Source: an uncultured Pseudomonadales bacterium
Lineage (GTDB): Bacteria > Patescibacteriota > Microgenomatia > UBA1400 > PJMF01
DNA length: 64,000 nucleotides
Reading direction: 5' to 3'
Assembly (NCBI GenBank): GCA_964502565.1
Contig: CAZCXA010000002.1
Location: 648 to 64,647 of the forward strand
Made by a program: the position numbers and the translations under genes. Each line of letters starts with the position of its first letter. Within the stretch, counting starts at the first letter, position 1. Below, one piece after another: positions 48,913 through 58,482 of this stretch. Below the pieces are notes generated by a model, which worked only from the letters and a program-made list of their open reading frames with translations, did no database searches and was not told the DNA's origin.

Positions 48913-51900
48913 TTACTCGAACTTAACCACCACAAAACCACTGCCAATATCGCTTGTTACAACCAACTGATTGTTGTTTACCTCGGCCTGGGGAGAAATT
49001 CTTGTTGCTCGCAATGTTTGTAAATGTTTTAAACTTATCACTGCTGGTCGTTTTTTTAACCCTGGCTGTAGTTGATCAAAGAAAAAGTACGACTGCCCTG
49101 GCTCAATTTGCAAAGGGTTGGAGTAATACAACCCTATCTCTAGCTCCTTACCCGTCTCCACCTCAGCAACTAAGCCAAACACCTTTCGATTATGATCAAT
49201 ATAGTTTAAAACTTGATCCTCTGGCATCCTCTCTCCATTTAACTCTATTCTATCCAGGGTAGTTTCAGGATTAACATAAAACCGTAAATAAAACTTATAT
49301 TTTCCAAGTGGCCAAATATTAGAGCGGGCTTTATTGACAAACTTAATATGTCTTTGGTGCACAATCTTGTCCTGAGCAATCTCGATAGAATGAACAATGC
49401 TTTGGTTTACATATGGATTTATCTTGTTCACTCCAATATTAGCCTCAACTTGATAAACTTGATCCACAACACACGACTCACCAAACCCGTTAGGACATTC
49501 TGGCTGAGCTAACGAGCCAGACCAGCCCAGCTGACTCACCGTGCCACTCAACTCGGTGTCGCGCAAATATAGTAAGGCTTGCTGATCACGCAATGATTGA
49601 AAAAACAGGTTAAAAAAATCAATTTTTTGAGCATCCTCAAGATTGGGGAGTTGATGCAAGATAGCCTCAAGTAAAAGCGTGTAAAAGTTTTTGTCAGAGA
49701 CTTGATTCTGTTGTTCTGACAGGGCTAACTCAAGACGGTTGCTTAGGTTCCAGGAGTTAATCACCTCTTCCTGACCCTCAATCTTAACATCCCCGATTAA
49801 AGCCAAGATGTTCTTTACCAAACTATAGTTTATGCCAATAATGCCATCCACCGGTTGATTAAGTGACTCCTTGATAAACCAACTTAACCTTTGAGATGTA
49901 AAGTTAAAGTCAGGATCCCAGTTAGCATCTCTGAAATAAAGGCTTGTCTCGCCTAAAAAAGATTGCACCTCTGGTGGGGCCGCGATTTTTCCCAACACCT
50001 TGTCGTCGATTTGGTTGGTGTTAAAAACCTGCCAATCAACCAGCTTCCCATCCTCGATCACCAGCATGACCAAACCCTCAATAAAACCACCGGTTGGTCT
50101 TAACTCGCTCTCGTCTTGAAGTAAAAGATAAAAAACCTGCTTCTGATCAACACCCATCAAGCTCGGCAAGATCTGATCGAGTTGTTGCACCATTAAATTT
50201 CTTGATCTCATTTCTTTTAACTGGCTGAGAGTCCGAGCAAACTTGTTATCAAGTTCTATTGAAAAATTATTAACCGGAAGTTCATCTAGGTCAGCGTGAA
50301 ACAGAGACAGTTTTTCAAAAATTAACCGATCTTTTGTCTCTTTAAGCTTTGTTAATTGACCGATACTTGGTTGAGTCAAACCTAAATGATCACTGTCAAC
50401 CAGATCCTGGTTGTTACTAAGTTCTATACTACTGGAAGTTTTTAAAAACAGATGGTCAAAGATTGCAATAGACAATGCGCGAGAGTTCTTGATTTCTTGA
50501 GAAAGTTCGACAAGTTGATGGTTTATCCTAACCAAGTCTCTACTTTTCTGAATTAAATGAATATCTAAAAACTTATCAAGGAACTCGGCTCGCTTTAAAA
50601 GGTTGGCATCTATTTCCTGGAATAAGAAGTTGTTATCCTGTAAAAAATAATCAATATTCTGCTCTAAAACTAACCGAGATTGACGAAAGTTAATTGACAG
50701 CGTCGCAACTAAAGTTGCAAAGACTATACCCAACACCAACAACACAAACCCGCCAGCAAAGATCGCTTTTTTTCGACCACTTTTCTTTTTAATACGATTC
50801 ATTAAAACAGCTTTTACTGAACGTCTTTCTGTCTTTTGCTCAACTCTGCGTTTAGAAAAAAGTTTGTTGACACTTTGCGTGATTTGGCTAGGAGTGATCT
50901 TATCCTCAATGGAAGGCAGGGGAGAGGTTTTCTTAAAAATCTGAGGTTGTTCTGCTCCTGGGACACGGTTAATAGCCAAGTGTGGTTTTGTTTTTTCTGT
51001 CTGACCCAAGGGCTTTTGACTAGATTTAAGACTGGATTGTTTTAACACACCGCTGTTTTTAACCCCAGCTTTTTTTAAATCTTTAGCTTGTGCAACATTG
51101 GTCAGCTCTGGCTTACTCCAGCTTGAGTTACTTAAAACCATGCTTGTTTTAAGTATTGGCTGGTTTTGAGTTAATAACTCATCTAACAGGCTGGGTTCAA
51201 CTCCTGAACTTTGAGAAGAGATTTGGGAGAGAACCTTGCGTAATATTTCTAGCTCAATCTTTTTAAGAGTAACCTCGATCACGTCTGGTTTTTTTTCTAG
51301 CCTAGTAAGGCCCCGCGCTTTTATCAATAATATTTCAAGCTCTTTTTGATAATTAGATTGATACATCAATTTAATTTCAAAACATAACTCATCACTGGTA
51401 AGCTTTCCCCCGCGTATTAAAAAATTATAGCCAGCAGGTTTGATCAACTCTTTACCAACCGCATTAAAAAAATCATCAACAGTTTGAAAATAAAACTCCT
51501 GTTGAGGATCGAGTAGGTAGCCGTTGGGAACTGCTTGTGTTAAAAACCTAAGAGGGTGGGAAATGGGTCTTGATTCATCATCCTGATAAATTAAATCCTG
51601 TCCAATAATAATCTTTTTTGAAAAAGGAGAGCTGTATAGATGGCTGATTAAACTGTCTTCTAGTGTGGTTTGTTGTTGCCATTCCTTAAACAGGGGAGAG
51701 GTGGCATCGATCTTACTTGAGATTCCAACTAGATAGACCTGAGGTGTTTGGACTGGTTGGAGAATGTCAATGATTCTTTGACAAAGACTGACCTTGTTTG
51801 AGGTTAATCTTGAAATATCAAAAATTGTTATAATCTTGTAATATTTTTCAAGAAGATTATCATTTACTATTTCTACAAGAGACTCAAGGCATTGATTATG

Positions 51901-52035
51901 GTTTAAACTCAGGAGCTCAACCTTAATCTGTTGATCTTGATAAAACTCCACCACTAAATCAGCTAGTCTTCCTGGTTGAGCAATGAGAAGAACTTGTAAA
52001 TCTTCGAGCAGGGTTTCGGTTTGGACAAAAGACAT
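48913..52035 (-). CDS. Large single-pass membrane protein (1040 aa) with a DUF4012-like extracytoplasmic C-terminal domain
   Basis: About 420-aa cytoplasmic N-terminal region, one TM, then about 600 aa containing the ...ESELRPTGGFIEGLV... motif, recalled as typical of DUF4012 (from memory). Confidence 0.45.
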   Translation of the reverse strand: MSFVQTETLLEDLQVLLIAQPGRLADLVVEFYQDQQIKVELLSLNHNQCLESLVEIVNDNLLEKYYKIITIFDISRLTSNKVSLCQRIIDILQPVQTPQVYLVGISSKIDATSPLFKEWQQQTTLEDSLISHLYSSPFSKKIIIGQDLIYQDDESRPISHPLRFLTQAVPNGYLLDPQQEFYFQTVDDFFNAVGKELIKPAGYNFLIRGGKLTSDELCFEIKLMYQSNYQKELEILLIKARGLTRLEKKPDVIEVTLKKIELEILRKVLSQISSQSSGVEPSLLDELLTQNQPILKTSMVLSNSSWSKPELTNVAQAKDLKKAGVKNSGVLKQSSLKSSQKPLGQTEKTKPHLAINRVPGAEQPQIFKKTSPLPSIEDKITPSQITQSVNKLFSKRRVEQKTERRSVKAVLMNRIKKKSGRKKAIFAGGFVLLVLGIVFATLVATLSINFRQSRLVLEQNIDYFLQDNNFLFQEIDANLLKRAEFLDKFLDIHLIQKSRDLVRINHQLVELSQEIKNSRALSIAIFDHLFLKTSSSIELSNNQDLVDSDHLGLTQPSIGQLTKLKETKDRLIFEKLSLFHADLDELPVNNFSIELDNKFARTLSQLKEMRSRNLMVQQLDQILPSLMGVDQKQVFYLLLQDESELRPTGGFIEGLVMLVIEDGKLVDWQVFNTNQIDDKVLGKIAAPPEVQSFLGETSLYFRDANWDPDFNFTSQRLSWFIKESLNQPVDGIIGINYSLVKNILALIGDVKIEGQEEVINSWNLSNRLELALSEQQNQVSDKNFYTLLLEAILHQLPNLEDAQKIDFFNLFFQSLRDQQALLYLRDTELSGTVSQLGWSGSLAQPECPNGFGESCVVDQVYQVEANIGVNKINPYVNQSIVHSIEIAQDKIVHQRHIKFVNKARSNIWPLGKYKFYLRFYVNPETTLDRIELNGERMPEDQVLNYIDHNRKVFGLVAEVETGKELEIGLYYSNPLQIEPGQSYFFFDQLQPGLKKRPAVISLKHLQTLRATRISPQAEVNNNQLVVTSDIGSGFVVVKFE

Positions 52036-52191
52036 AGTGTAGCCGTGTTTTAAGGATACACTAAAATCGGAAAATTATAAATTCAAGAATTGAAAAAAAT
52101 TAAAAATAAAAAGAACAAAGGTCTTTATCACCCAGTATTAAAAATGGTCGTTAGCCAACCACTACAACCATGTCTTTAGCTTTTTTTGCTT

Positions 52192-52719
52192 TTAACCTTT
52201 AGCCTTACACCCCAGGTCCATTGCTTGGTTGGCTAGCCAGTCAGCTTGTTGGTTTAAATCTCTTGTGATATGCATAAACTTCGCTGGCCAGGCTATCTTT
52301 TTTAAAACATCCCAACACTGATTCGCTAAGTCCTGCATTCTTTTTTCCTTAATCTTCCAGTTTCCGCTCATCTGTTGAACCACTAACAAAGAATCCATGT
52401 TAAAAACCATCTCACAGACCATTAAATCATTGTTTTTAAGCTGTTGCTCCTTGATTTGAAGAATTAGCTTCAACGCTAACAAAAGAGCTAAATATTCCGC
52501 TTCATTGTTAGTTTTAACACCAAGAAAAATCGCCAACTGTTTCTCAATGCTTAGGTTTTTATCTAAAAATCCAGTTATAACCACCCCAGCCCCAGAAATT
52601 CCAGGATTACCCCTTGAGGCACCATCACAAAAGATATTAATAATCTGGTTGGAACTTACTTGGTTCATTAAGTTGAGAATAAAAATATTTATTTTTTTTG
52701 TAAAGAGATTATTAAACAA
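52192..52719 (-). CDS. rnhA: Ribonuclease HI
   Basis: IFCDGASRGNPGISGAGVVI and NNEAEYLALLLAL motifs. Confidence 0.8.
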   Translation of the reverse strand: MFNNLFTKKINIFILNLMNQVSSNQIINIFCDGASRGNPGISGAGVVITGFLDKNLSIEKQLAIFLGVKTNNEAEYLALLLALKLILQIKEQQLKNNDLMVCEMVFNMDSLLVVQQMSGNWKIKEKRMQDLANQCWDVLKKIAWPAKFMHITRDLNQQADWLANQAMDLGCKAKG

Positions 52720-53150
52720 CGCCCATAACCCTCGTCTCTAGAAAACGTGGTGACTTGCGAAAACTTTACATCTTGATTAAGCGCAGAATGAACCACATAC
52801 CTCTCATAAGAGTTTAGACCTCGCATTACCTGATCTTCACCTGTCTCTAGCACTTTTTCTGCAAGTTGAGTTGCCTCCTTGATTAATATGGCCTCATTTT
52901 GTTTTCGATAGTTGTTAACATCGCAAATTAATCTTTTTTCCTTGATCTCTTTTCTAAAAACAAGCTTGAGTAGATACTCTAAGGATAAGATTGCCTCGCC
53001 ATCATTTTTAAAAAACTCAGACTCTTTTTCTTTAGGAACGTTTAAGTTAATCCGAAGGCGAGCGTTGTCATCATCAACTTCAATATCAACAGCATCTTCT
53101 TGAATGTTTAAAAACAAACAGGTTTTAGTAAGAAAATCTTTAATGTTCAT
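52689..53150 (-). CDS. khpB: Jag/KhpB-like RNA-binding protein (KH + R3H)
   Basis: C-terminal R3H-like LNSYERYVVHSAL. Directly downstream of yidC, the conserved synteny. Confidence 0.65.
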   Translation of the reverse strand: MNIKDFLTKTCLFLNIQEDAVDIEVDDDNARLRINLNVPKEKESEFFKNDGEAILSLEYLLKLVFRKEIKEKRLICDVNNYRKQNEAILIKEATQLAEKVLETGEDQVMRGLNSYERYVVHSALNQDVKFSQVTTFSRDEGYGRCLIISLQKK

Positions 53151-53282
53151 GTAAAAATCAGTGTTTGTAGAGTTAAAAAAATTAAATTCTGATGAAAAAT
53201 ATCTAACAAGGCTGAAGGTATTTTAAAAAAAATTAATAAATCTCATTAATCAGCAAAACTCGCTAATTAATGATTATTCTTG

Positions 53283-54038
53283 TTAATGATTGTTCTTAAT
53301 CTTCAACATCAGCCTTTGATAGTATAAACCCAAACCTCCCCAGCCAGAAACAAAATATTGCTGAACAATACCAAATAAATTAGCTACCACCCAGTAGACA
53401 GCTAAACCAGAAGGAAACTTGACAGCAATGAATGCAGTCATGATCGGCATAATAAAAATCATCTGTTGCTGCATGCTCTTGGCCATATCAGCCATATCTT
53501 CTTCTTTTTTATTCTGCTCCTGAACCTCTTTTTTCTTAGATTTATTTGGCACCATATCTCGCACCTCGGCGCCCGGTGATATCATTAGCGACATAAATAA
53601 CTGAGACACTCCTGCCACGATTGGTAATATGTAGGTGCTATCTTGCTGGGTTAGATCCATCCATAAAAAATGAGTGTTGATCACCATGCCATCAATCTCG
53701 CCATTGCCTAAAAAACTATTCAGGGAGCGATATAAACCAATTAATATCACGATCATTATTATTTGTGGTAAACATCCGGAGAGAGGATTGATGTTATATT
53801 TCTGGTACAACTCGGTCTGAGCATCTCTTAACTCTTTGGGTTTATTTTTGTATTTTTCCTTAAGTTTATCTAGTTCTGGCTTAACCTTCTCCATCTGATC
53901 TCTGGCTTTTAAACTGGGAACAGAGAGGGGGATCAAGAGAGATTTAATCAGAACTGTAAGCACGATGATTGACACCCCTAAACTTCCAAAAAAAGAATAA
54001 AGCGAGGTTAAAATAATGGTAAAAAATTGTTCTATCAT
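53283..54038 (-). CDS. yidC: Membrane protein insertase YidC (short form)
   Basis: ...LIPLSVPSLKARDQMEKVKPELDKLKEKYKN...LSGCLPQIIMIVILIGLY matches the YidC/Oxa1 core. Confidence 0.85.
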   Translation of the reverse strand: MIEQFFTIILTSLYSFFGSLGVSIIVLTVLIKSLLIPLSVPSLKARDQMEKVKPELDKLKEKYKNKPKELRDAQTELYQKYNINPLSGCLPQIIMIVILIGLYRSLNSFLGNGEIDGMVINTHFLWMDLTQQDSTYILPIVAGVSQLFMSLMISPGAEVRDMVPNKSKKKEVQEQNKKEEDMADMAKSMQQQMIFIMPIMTAFIAVKFPSGLAVYWVVANLFGIVQQYFVSGWGGLGLYYQRLMLKIKNNH

Positions 54039-54077
54039 GTTAAAAATTTAAGCTAAATAAGAATATTTTCAAGATAT

Positions 54078-54266
54078 CTAATAAACAACGCAACTTATTA
54101 CTCTTTTCAAGCCTTTGATTCCGCCTTTTATCACTCCATTTTTTTGAATCTCATTTCTTGTGTACACACTACAAGAAGGAGAGTGGCAACAAGTGCTGGA
54201 AAAACCAAAAATGCTTGTAAAAACTTGATGTTTAACCTCTCTGAAAAATAAATAAACTCTCTTCAT
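54078..54266 (-). CDS. yidD: Membrane protein insertion efficiency factor YidD
   Basis: CCHSPSCSVYTRNEIQKNGVIKGGIKGLKRVISC matches the YidD pattern (C-x-PSCS-Y...GLKRI..C). Confidence 0.7.
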   Translation of the reverse strand: MKRVYLFFREVKHQVFTSIFGFSSTCCHSPSCSVYTRNEIQKNGVIKGGIKGLKRVISCVVY

Positions 54267-54283
54267 AATTAAGAACGGATAAT

Positions 54284-54622
54284 TTAACTAAAACGCTTTA
54301 GTATTACATTAAGTTTTTCTTGAATATCTTGTTCTAGTTTTTCTTCGCTAAGCTCAAGTTGTTTATAAACCAGTAGTATTAACTCGATTGATAAATTTTT
54401 AATTAAATGTTTTTCAATAATCTGATAAATTTTTCTTCTTAATTTATTCCTGAGAAAGGCTTTGTTGTAAACCTTGGTTGGAACAACCACCGCAACCTTA
54501 AAACTATTATCATTAGCAATATCTGCAAAATACTTTATCGAGTCAGACTCGGTTATTTTTTTTCTAAATAACTCTCTATTTTGCTGTTCTTTTAAGTTTA
54601 GCCTATTTTTTTTAGGCAACAT
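54284..54622 (-). CDS. rnpA: Ribonuclease P protein component
   Basis: Basic protein with ...KAFLRNKLRRKIYQII... Positioned between rpmH and yidD. Confidence 0.75.
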   Translation of the reverse strand: MLPKKNRLNLKEQQNRELFRKKITESDSIKYFADIANDNSFKVAVVVPTKVYNKAFLRNKLRRKIYQIIEKHLIKNLSIELILLVYKQLELSEEKLEQDIQEKLNVILKRFS

Positions 54623-54663
54623 AGCATTAAGATTAAATTTACTTATACCTCTTGTTCACGGTT

Positions 54664-54789
54664 TTACTCAACTCGGTTCTTTTTTTAACTCTTCTGGCAG
54701 ATAGAATCTTTTTCTTGGTTGCTTGACGAGTTAAAAAACCATGTTTTCTAACCCTTTTGCGAGACTTTGGTTGATAGGTTTGTTTTGGC
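54664..54789 (-). CDS. rpmH: 50S ribosomal protein L34 (41 aa, not in the supplied track)
   Basis: Reverse-strand translation MPKQTYQPKSRKRVRKHGFLTRQATKKKILSARRVKKRTELS matches L34. Confidence 0.8.
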
Positions 54790-54983
54790 ATTAGGGTAAA
54801 AATTTAAAAAAATAAAAATTTTCTCTTTATCTTTAATAGTTGTTATCAATGTTAATCTCCTGTTTAATTTGTTGATTATAACTCAACAAGTCATATAACA
54901 AAAGACCCTTTAGTTGTTTATGGTAACTTAACACCTATGCTGGAGTGGTTGTGTAGCCGTGATTATATAAATAACCTCAACCA

Positions 54984-56099
54984 TCACTCATTTACCCTAA
55001 AGGGCATCACTATGTAAATATACTCACTTAACTCAGGCAGGCAAAATGCCACTGGTTTTAAACTCTCGTTAATGCAAACTTTAATAGTGCTTGGCTTAAC
55101 ACTGTTAAAAAAATCCATTAAATATCTAATGTCAAACGCCACCTCTATATCCGAGAGAAACGAACTTGATTTAATTACAGGAATTGTTCCAAGATACTCT
55201 CCAAATGAGGTAGTGATTGACTTAATCAGTAGACTCTCTTTTTTTAACTCAACCCTGACAATGTTGGATGCTTCCCGAGCAATAATGGAAGCTTTCTGGA
55301 ACTCCTGCTCGATCTCCTCGCCAGAGACCTCAAACTCCAGCTTAAAATTCTCTGGAATAATCTTTTCATATGGAGGATAATCACCCTCAACCAATCTGAT
55401 AAACATCTCGTTTTCTCCGATAACAACCTTGATTTGTTTCAGCTCTTGGGAAACTTGGAGTTTAACCTCATCCACACCTACCTGATCAACAACCCTACAA
55501 ATCTCCTCAAAAGCTTTAATCGGCATTAATATTTTTTGATTAAAATCAAGTTTTTGCTCAGGGTATTTATTAATAGCAAGACGAAAGCCATCTGTTGCTA
55601 CCACCTCCAAACCCTGCTTGCTGAAATCTAGCATAATAGTTGTAAGAATCGGTCTCACCTGATCTCTACTAGAGGCAAAACTAATTAAAGAGTTAATCTC
55701 TTGAATAGTTTCTGATGATAAGTTAATCTCTTCACCCTTAATGGCTGGAAAATCAGGGTAGTCTGAGGGAGCGTTGATCGGTAGCTTAACCCTGCTAGTT
55801 CCGGCACTCACAACAATCTCTTTTTCCTTAATCTCTAAAGCAACATCCTTTGAGCTCAGAGAGCTAATAACATCTTTAAACATTTGTCCTGGCACCGCGA
55901 TTGATTTTTTTTCATTATTTTCAATATCGATTGTGGTTCTGATTCCTAGATACAGATCGGTTGCTGATAAAACAAGCTTGTTTTTTTTAAACTCAAACAA
56001 GATAGAGGAGAGGATAGGTAACTGAGGGTTGCTCGGAACAGCTTTTGAGATACTTTTAAGTGAGTTTTGTAAGTTTTTTAGATCGAGTTTAATTTTCAT
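54984..56099 (-). CDS. dnaN: DNA polymerase III beta subunit (sliding clamp)
   Basis: 371-aa three-domain clamp. N-terminal MKIKLDLKNLQNSLKSISKAVPSNPQLPILSSILFE... Immediately downstream of dnaA. Confidence 0.85.
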   Translation of the reverse strand: MKIKLDLKNLQNSLKSISKAVPSNPQLPILSSILFEFKKNKLVLSATDLYLGIRTTIDIENNEKKSIAVPGQMFKDVISSLSSKDVALEIKEKEIVVSAGTSRVKLPINAPSDYPDFPAIKGEEINLSSETIQEINSLISFASSRDQVRPILTTIMLDFSKQGLEVVATDGFRLAINKYPEQKLDFNQKILMPIKAFEEICRVVDQVGVDEVKLQVSQELKQIKVVIGENEMFIRLVEGDYPPYEKIIPENFKLEFEVSGEEIEQEFQKASIIAREASNIVRVELKKESLLIKSITTSFGEYLGTIPVIKSSSFLSDIEVAFDIRYLMDFFNSVKPSTIKVCINESLKPVAFCLPELSEYIYIVMPFRVNE

Positions 56100-56436
56100 A
56101 ATGAGTTTTTACAAACTTATGTTTTTGATTTTACTAATAATAATTATTTATCTTTTACTCTCTATTTTAATCTTTTATATAAAACTAGTAATAGTAGTAA
56201 TAGAGGTTGTTGAAAAGTGGAAAATTACGATTATCCTATCTTTAAAAACGAGTAATTTAGCTGTGACTAAGTTATTAATTAATCTTAATTAAAACTGGAA
56301 TGAGTGTGATAATCTTTTGGAAAAATTATAGTTTACGAATTAGATATTAACATTTTAGATATTTATCAAGAATTAATTCAGAGGATATCAACATAGTTTT
56401 CCACAAAAGTGGAAAAGTGATTGTATTTTTCCTATT
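56100..56436. promoter_or_regulatory. Candidate oriC / DnaA-box cluster (dnaA-dnaN intergenic, >75% AT)
   Basis: DnaA-box-like 9-mers TTTTCCACA (56397-56405) with its inverted partner AGTGGAAAA (56408-56417), which forms a palindrome, plus AGTGGAAAA at about 56216. A TTTTTCACA box also lies upstream of dnaA at about 58311. Confidence 0.4.
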
Positions 56437-58008
56437 TTAATCTGATAACTTAAGTAATTTAGATTTTAATTCTGAAAAATCCTGCATCATTATCTCATCT
56501 TCTTCCAGCATTTTTTCAATCTTGTTTTTAGCATGCATCACCGAGGTGTGGTCTCGATTTGAAAACCATTTACCTATCTCAACATAAGATAAGTTTAGAC
56601 TATCTTTTAAAAAGTACATCGCAATATGCCTTGGATAAACCAGCTCTTTATTACGACCACGCCCTCTTACCTCTGACTGTTTAACATCAAAATGATCGCA
56701 GATTTTTTTAATTACCTTTTGAGGCTTTAGCCTGATGGTTCTGGGTCGTCCATTGGTTTTTTCTTTTTGCAGAATGTTGTCAATCAACTCATCATTAATC
56801 TCTTTACCATTAAGTTCTACCTCTGATCTAATAATCGAGATCACACCCTCAATCTTTCGCGCGCTATCAACACTAGTGGCGATCTTGGTGGCAATCTCCA
56901 TTGGTAAAGAGATTCCAACCGAGCGAGATTTAATCAACACAATGGCAATCCTAAGTTCTAAAGATGGTTGTTGAATATCAATCATAAGACCTGCCTCAAA
57001 CCTGGATTTTAAACGGTCTTCTAGAAGAGTAATGGCGTCTGGGGGTCGATCAGAGGTTAAGATAATTTGATGAGACAGCTTGGTAAGCGCATCAAAAGTG
57101 TGGAAAAACTCTTCTTGAACAGCATTTTTGCCAGCAATAAACTGAATATCATCGATTAATAATACTTGAGCACTTCGAAACTTCTTCTTAAACTTGATTG
57201 CTTTTTTACTCCGAATCGCATCAATAATCTCGTTAGTAAAATCCTCACCAGTGCAGTAGATGACGTTTTTACTTGGATCTTGCTTAATAGCATGGTGACC
57301 AATGGCGTGCATGAGATGGGTTTTGCCCACACCCACCCCACCATAAAGAAAAAGCGGGTTGTAGGCCTCTCCGGGACGTTTTGCAACCGCGGTTGCTGCA
57401 GCATGAGCCATCTCATTACTGCCAGATACGGCAAAGTTTTTAAAGGTATAATCTGGTCTTAAACCAGCGCGTCTAATAGCAGTGGTTATTCTATCTTGTT
57501 GCGTGTTGGCAATGTTTTGTTGAGAAAATAGATCCTCCACCCTAACAGACTCCAAGTCTTGAGACTCGATAACTCTAAGACCGTTGGTGGTTAGTTGGCT
57601 GTTTTGATTGAGGTTTTGTGATTGACTGGGTTGATCTTGAAACGAGCTTTTGCGTAAGTTTCGGTTGACTCTATAACCCTGTCTATTACTTTTGAATGAC
57701 ATCTCTTTTTGCTGAGATAAAATTTGAGAAGGGTCTTGAATCTTGAAATCGAGAGTAACTTTTTTGTTCAATGCGTGCTCAAGCGCAGACTTAAGTTGTA
57801 GGTAAAGGTTTTTTTTAAGATTGGTTGCATGAAAAGCGCTGGGGGTAGAGATAACACCTACCGCTTCTTGAGTGCTGTTAATCTGAACCTCGGTGAGCGG
57901 GTTGGTTAGAACCCAAGTGCTAAAGGCAGCTGGAGAGAGTTGGGGTTCCAGCTCTTTTTTAACCTGCGACCAAATGTTCTTTACTTCTTGAGGTGTAAGG
58001 GTTTGCAT
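56437..58008 (-). CDS. dnaA: Chromosomal replication initiator protein DnaA
   Basis: AAA+ Walker A GGVGVGKTHLMHAIGH, sensor motifs, C-terminal DNA-binding domain ...VYPRHIAMYFLKDSLNLSYVEIGKWF... Confidence 0.9.
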   Translation of the reverse strand: MQTLTPQEVKNIWSQVKKELEPQLSPAAFSTWVLTNPLTEVQINSTQEAVGVISTPSAFHATNLKKNLYLQLKSALEHALNKKVTLDFKIQDPSQILSQQKEMSFKSNRQGYRVNRNLRKSSFQDQPSQSQNLNQNSQLTTNGLRVIESQDLESVRVEDLFSQQNIANTQQDRITTAIRRAGLRPDYTFKNFAVSGSNEMAHAAATAVAKRPGEAYNPLFLYGGVGVGKTHLMHAIGHHAIKQDPSKNVIYCTGEDFTNEIIDAIRSKKAIKFKKKFRSAQVLLIDDIQFIAGKNAVQEEFFHTFDALTKLSHQIILTSDRPPDAITLLEDRLKSRFEAGLMIDIQQPSLELRIAIVLIKSRSVGISLPMEIATKIATSVDSARKIEGVISIIRSEVELNGKEINDELIDNILQKEKTNGRPRTIRLKPQKVIKKICDHFDVKQSEVRGRGRNKELVYPRHIAMYFLKDSLNLSYVEIGKWFSNRDHTSVMHAKNKIEKMLEEDEIMMQDFSELKSKLLKLSD

Positions 58009-58482
58009 GTAAGCTTAAAATTAAAAATAAAAAGTTAAGATTCAAAAAGCTAAAAGCTTAATGTAAAAGATAAAAATATTATCTTTTAAGCCAGTTGATA
58101 TTATCGTGGTAAAAAATAGTCTGTTAATAATTTTTTTCTATAGGAGCAGGCTTAATGCTCTTAATGCTGACGAAAAACCAGCTCGTTTAAGAGTAGTTAT
58201 TTTTTAGGGCAGAGGGCAGAAGGTAAGCTTTTAATGGTGCTTGGGGTGTGAGCCACAAACTTCAACTGAAGAGCAGTTTTTTAATTTACCGAGTATAGTT
58301 ATATACATAGTTTTTCACATTGAAAAGGGGTAGTTTAAAAAAGTTAGAACTTGAAAGAGTAAAAATATTTGGTGTATGGTGCTAATTTTTAGCTCAAATC
58401 AAATATACAGCCACGATCTATACAGTCATTGCCTTTAAGCCGTTAAACAACACCAACTGTTAAATACCTATTATTTATTATT

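Noticed and set aside
56029-56292. 87-aa ORF in the dnaA-dnaN spacer
   Set aside because: Extremely hydrophobic low-complexity translation of AT-rich origin DNA. The region is better explained as oriC with DnaA boxes.
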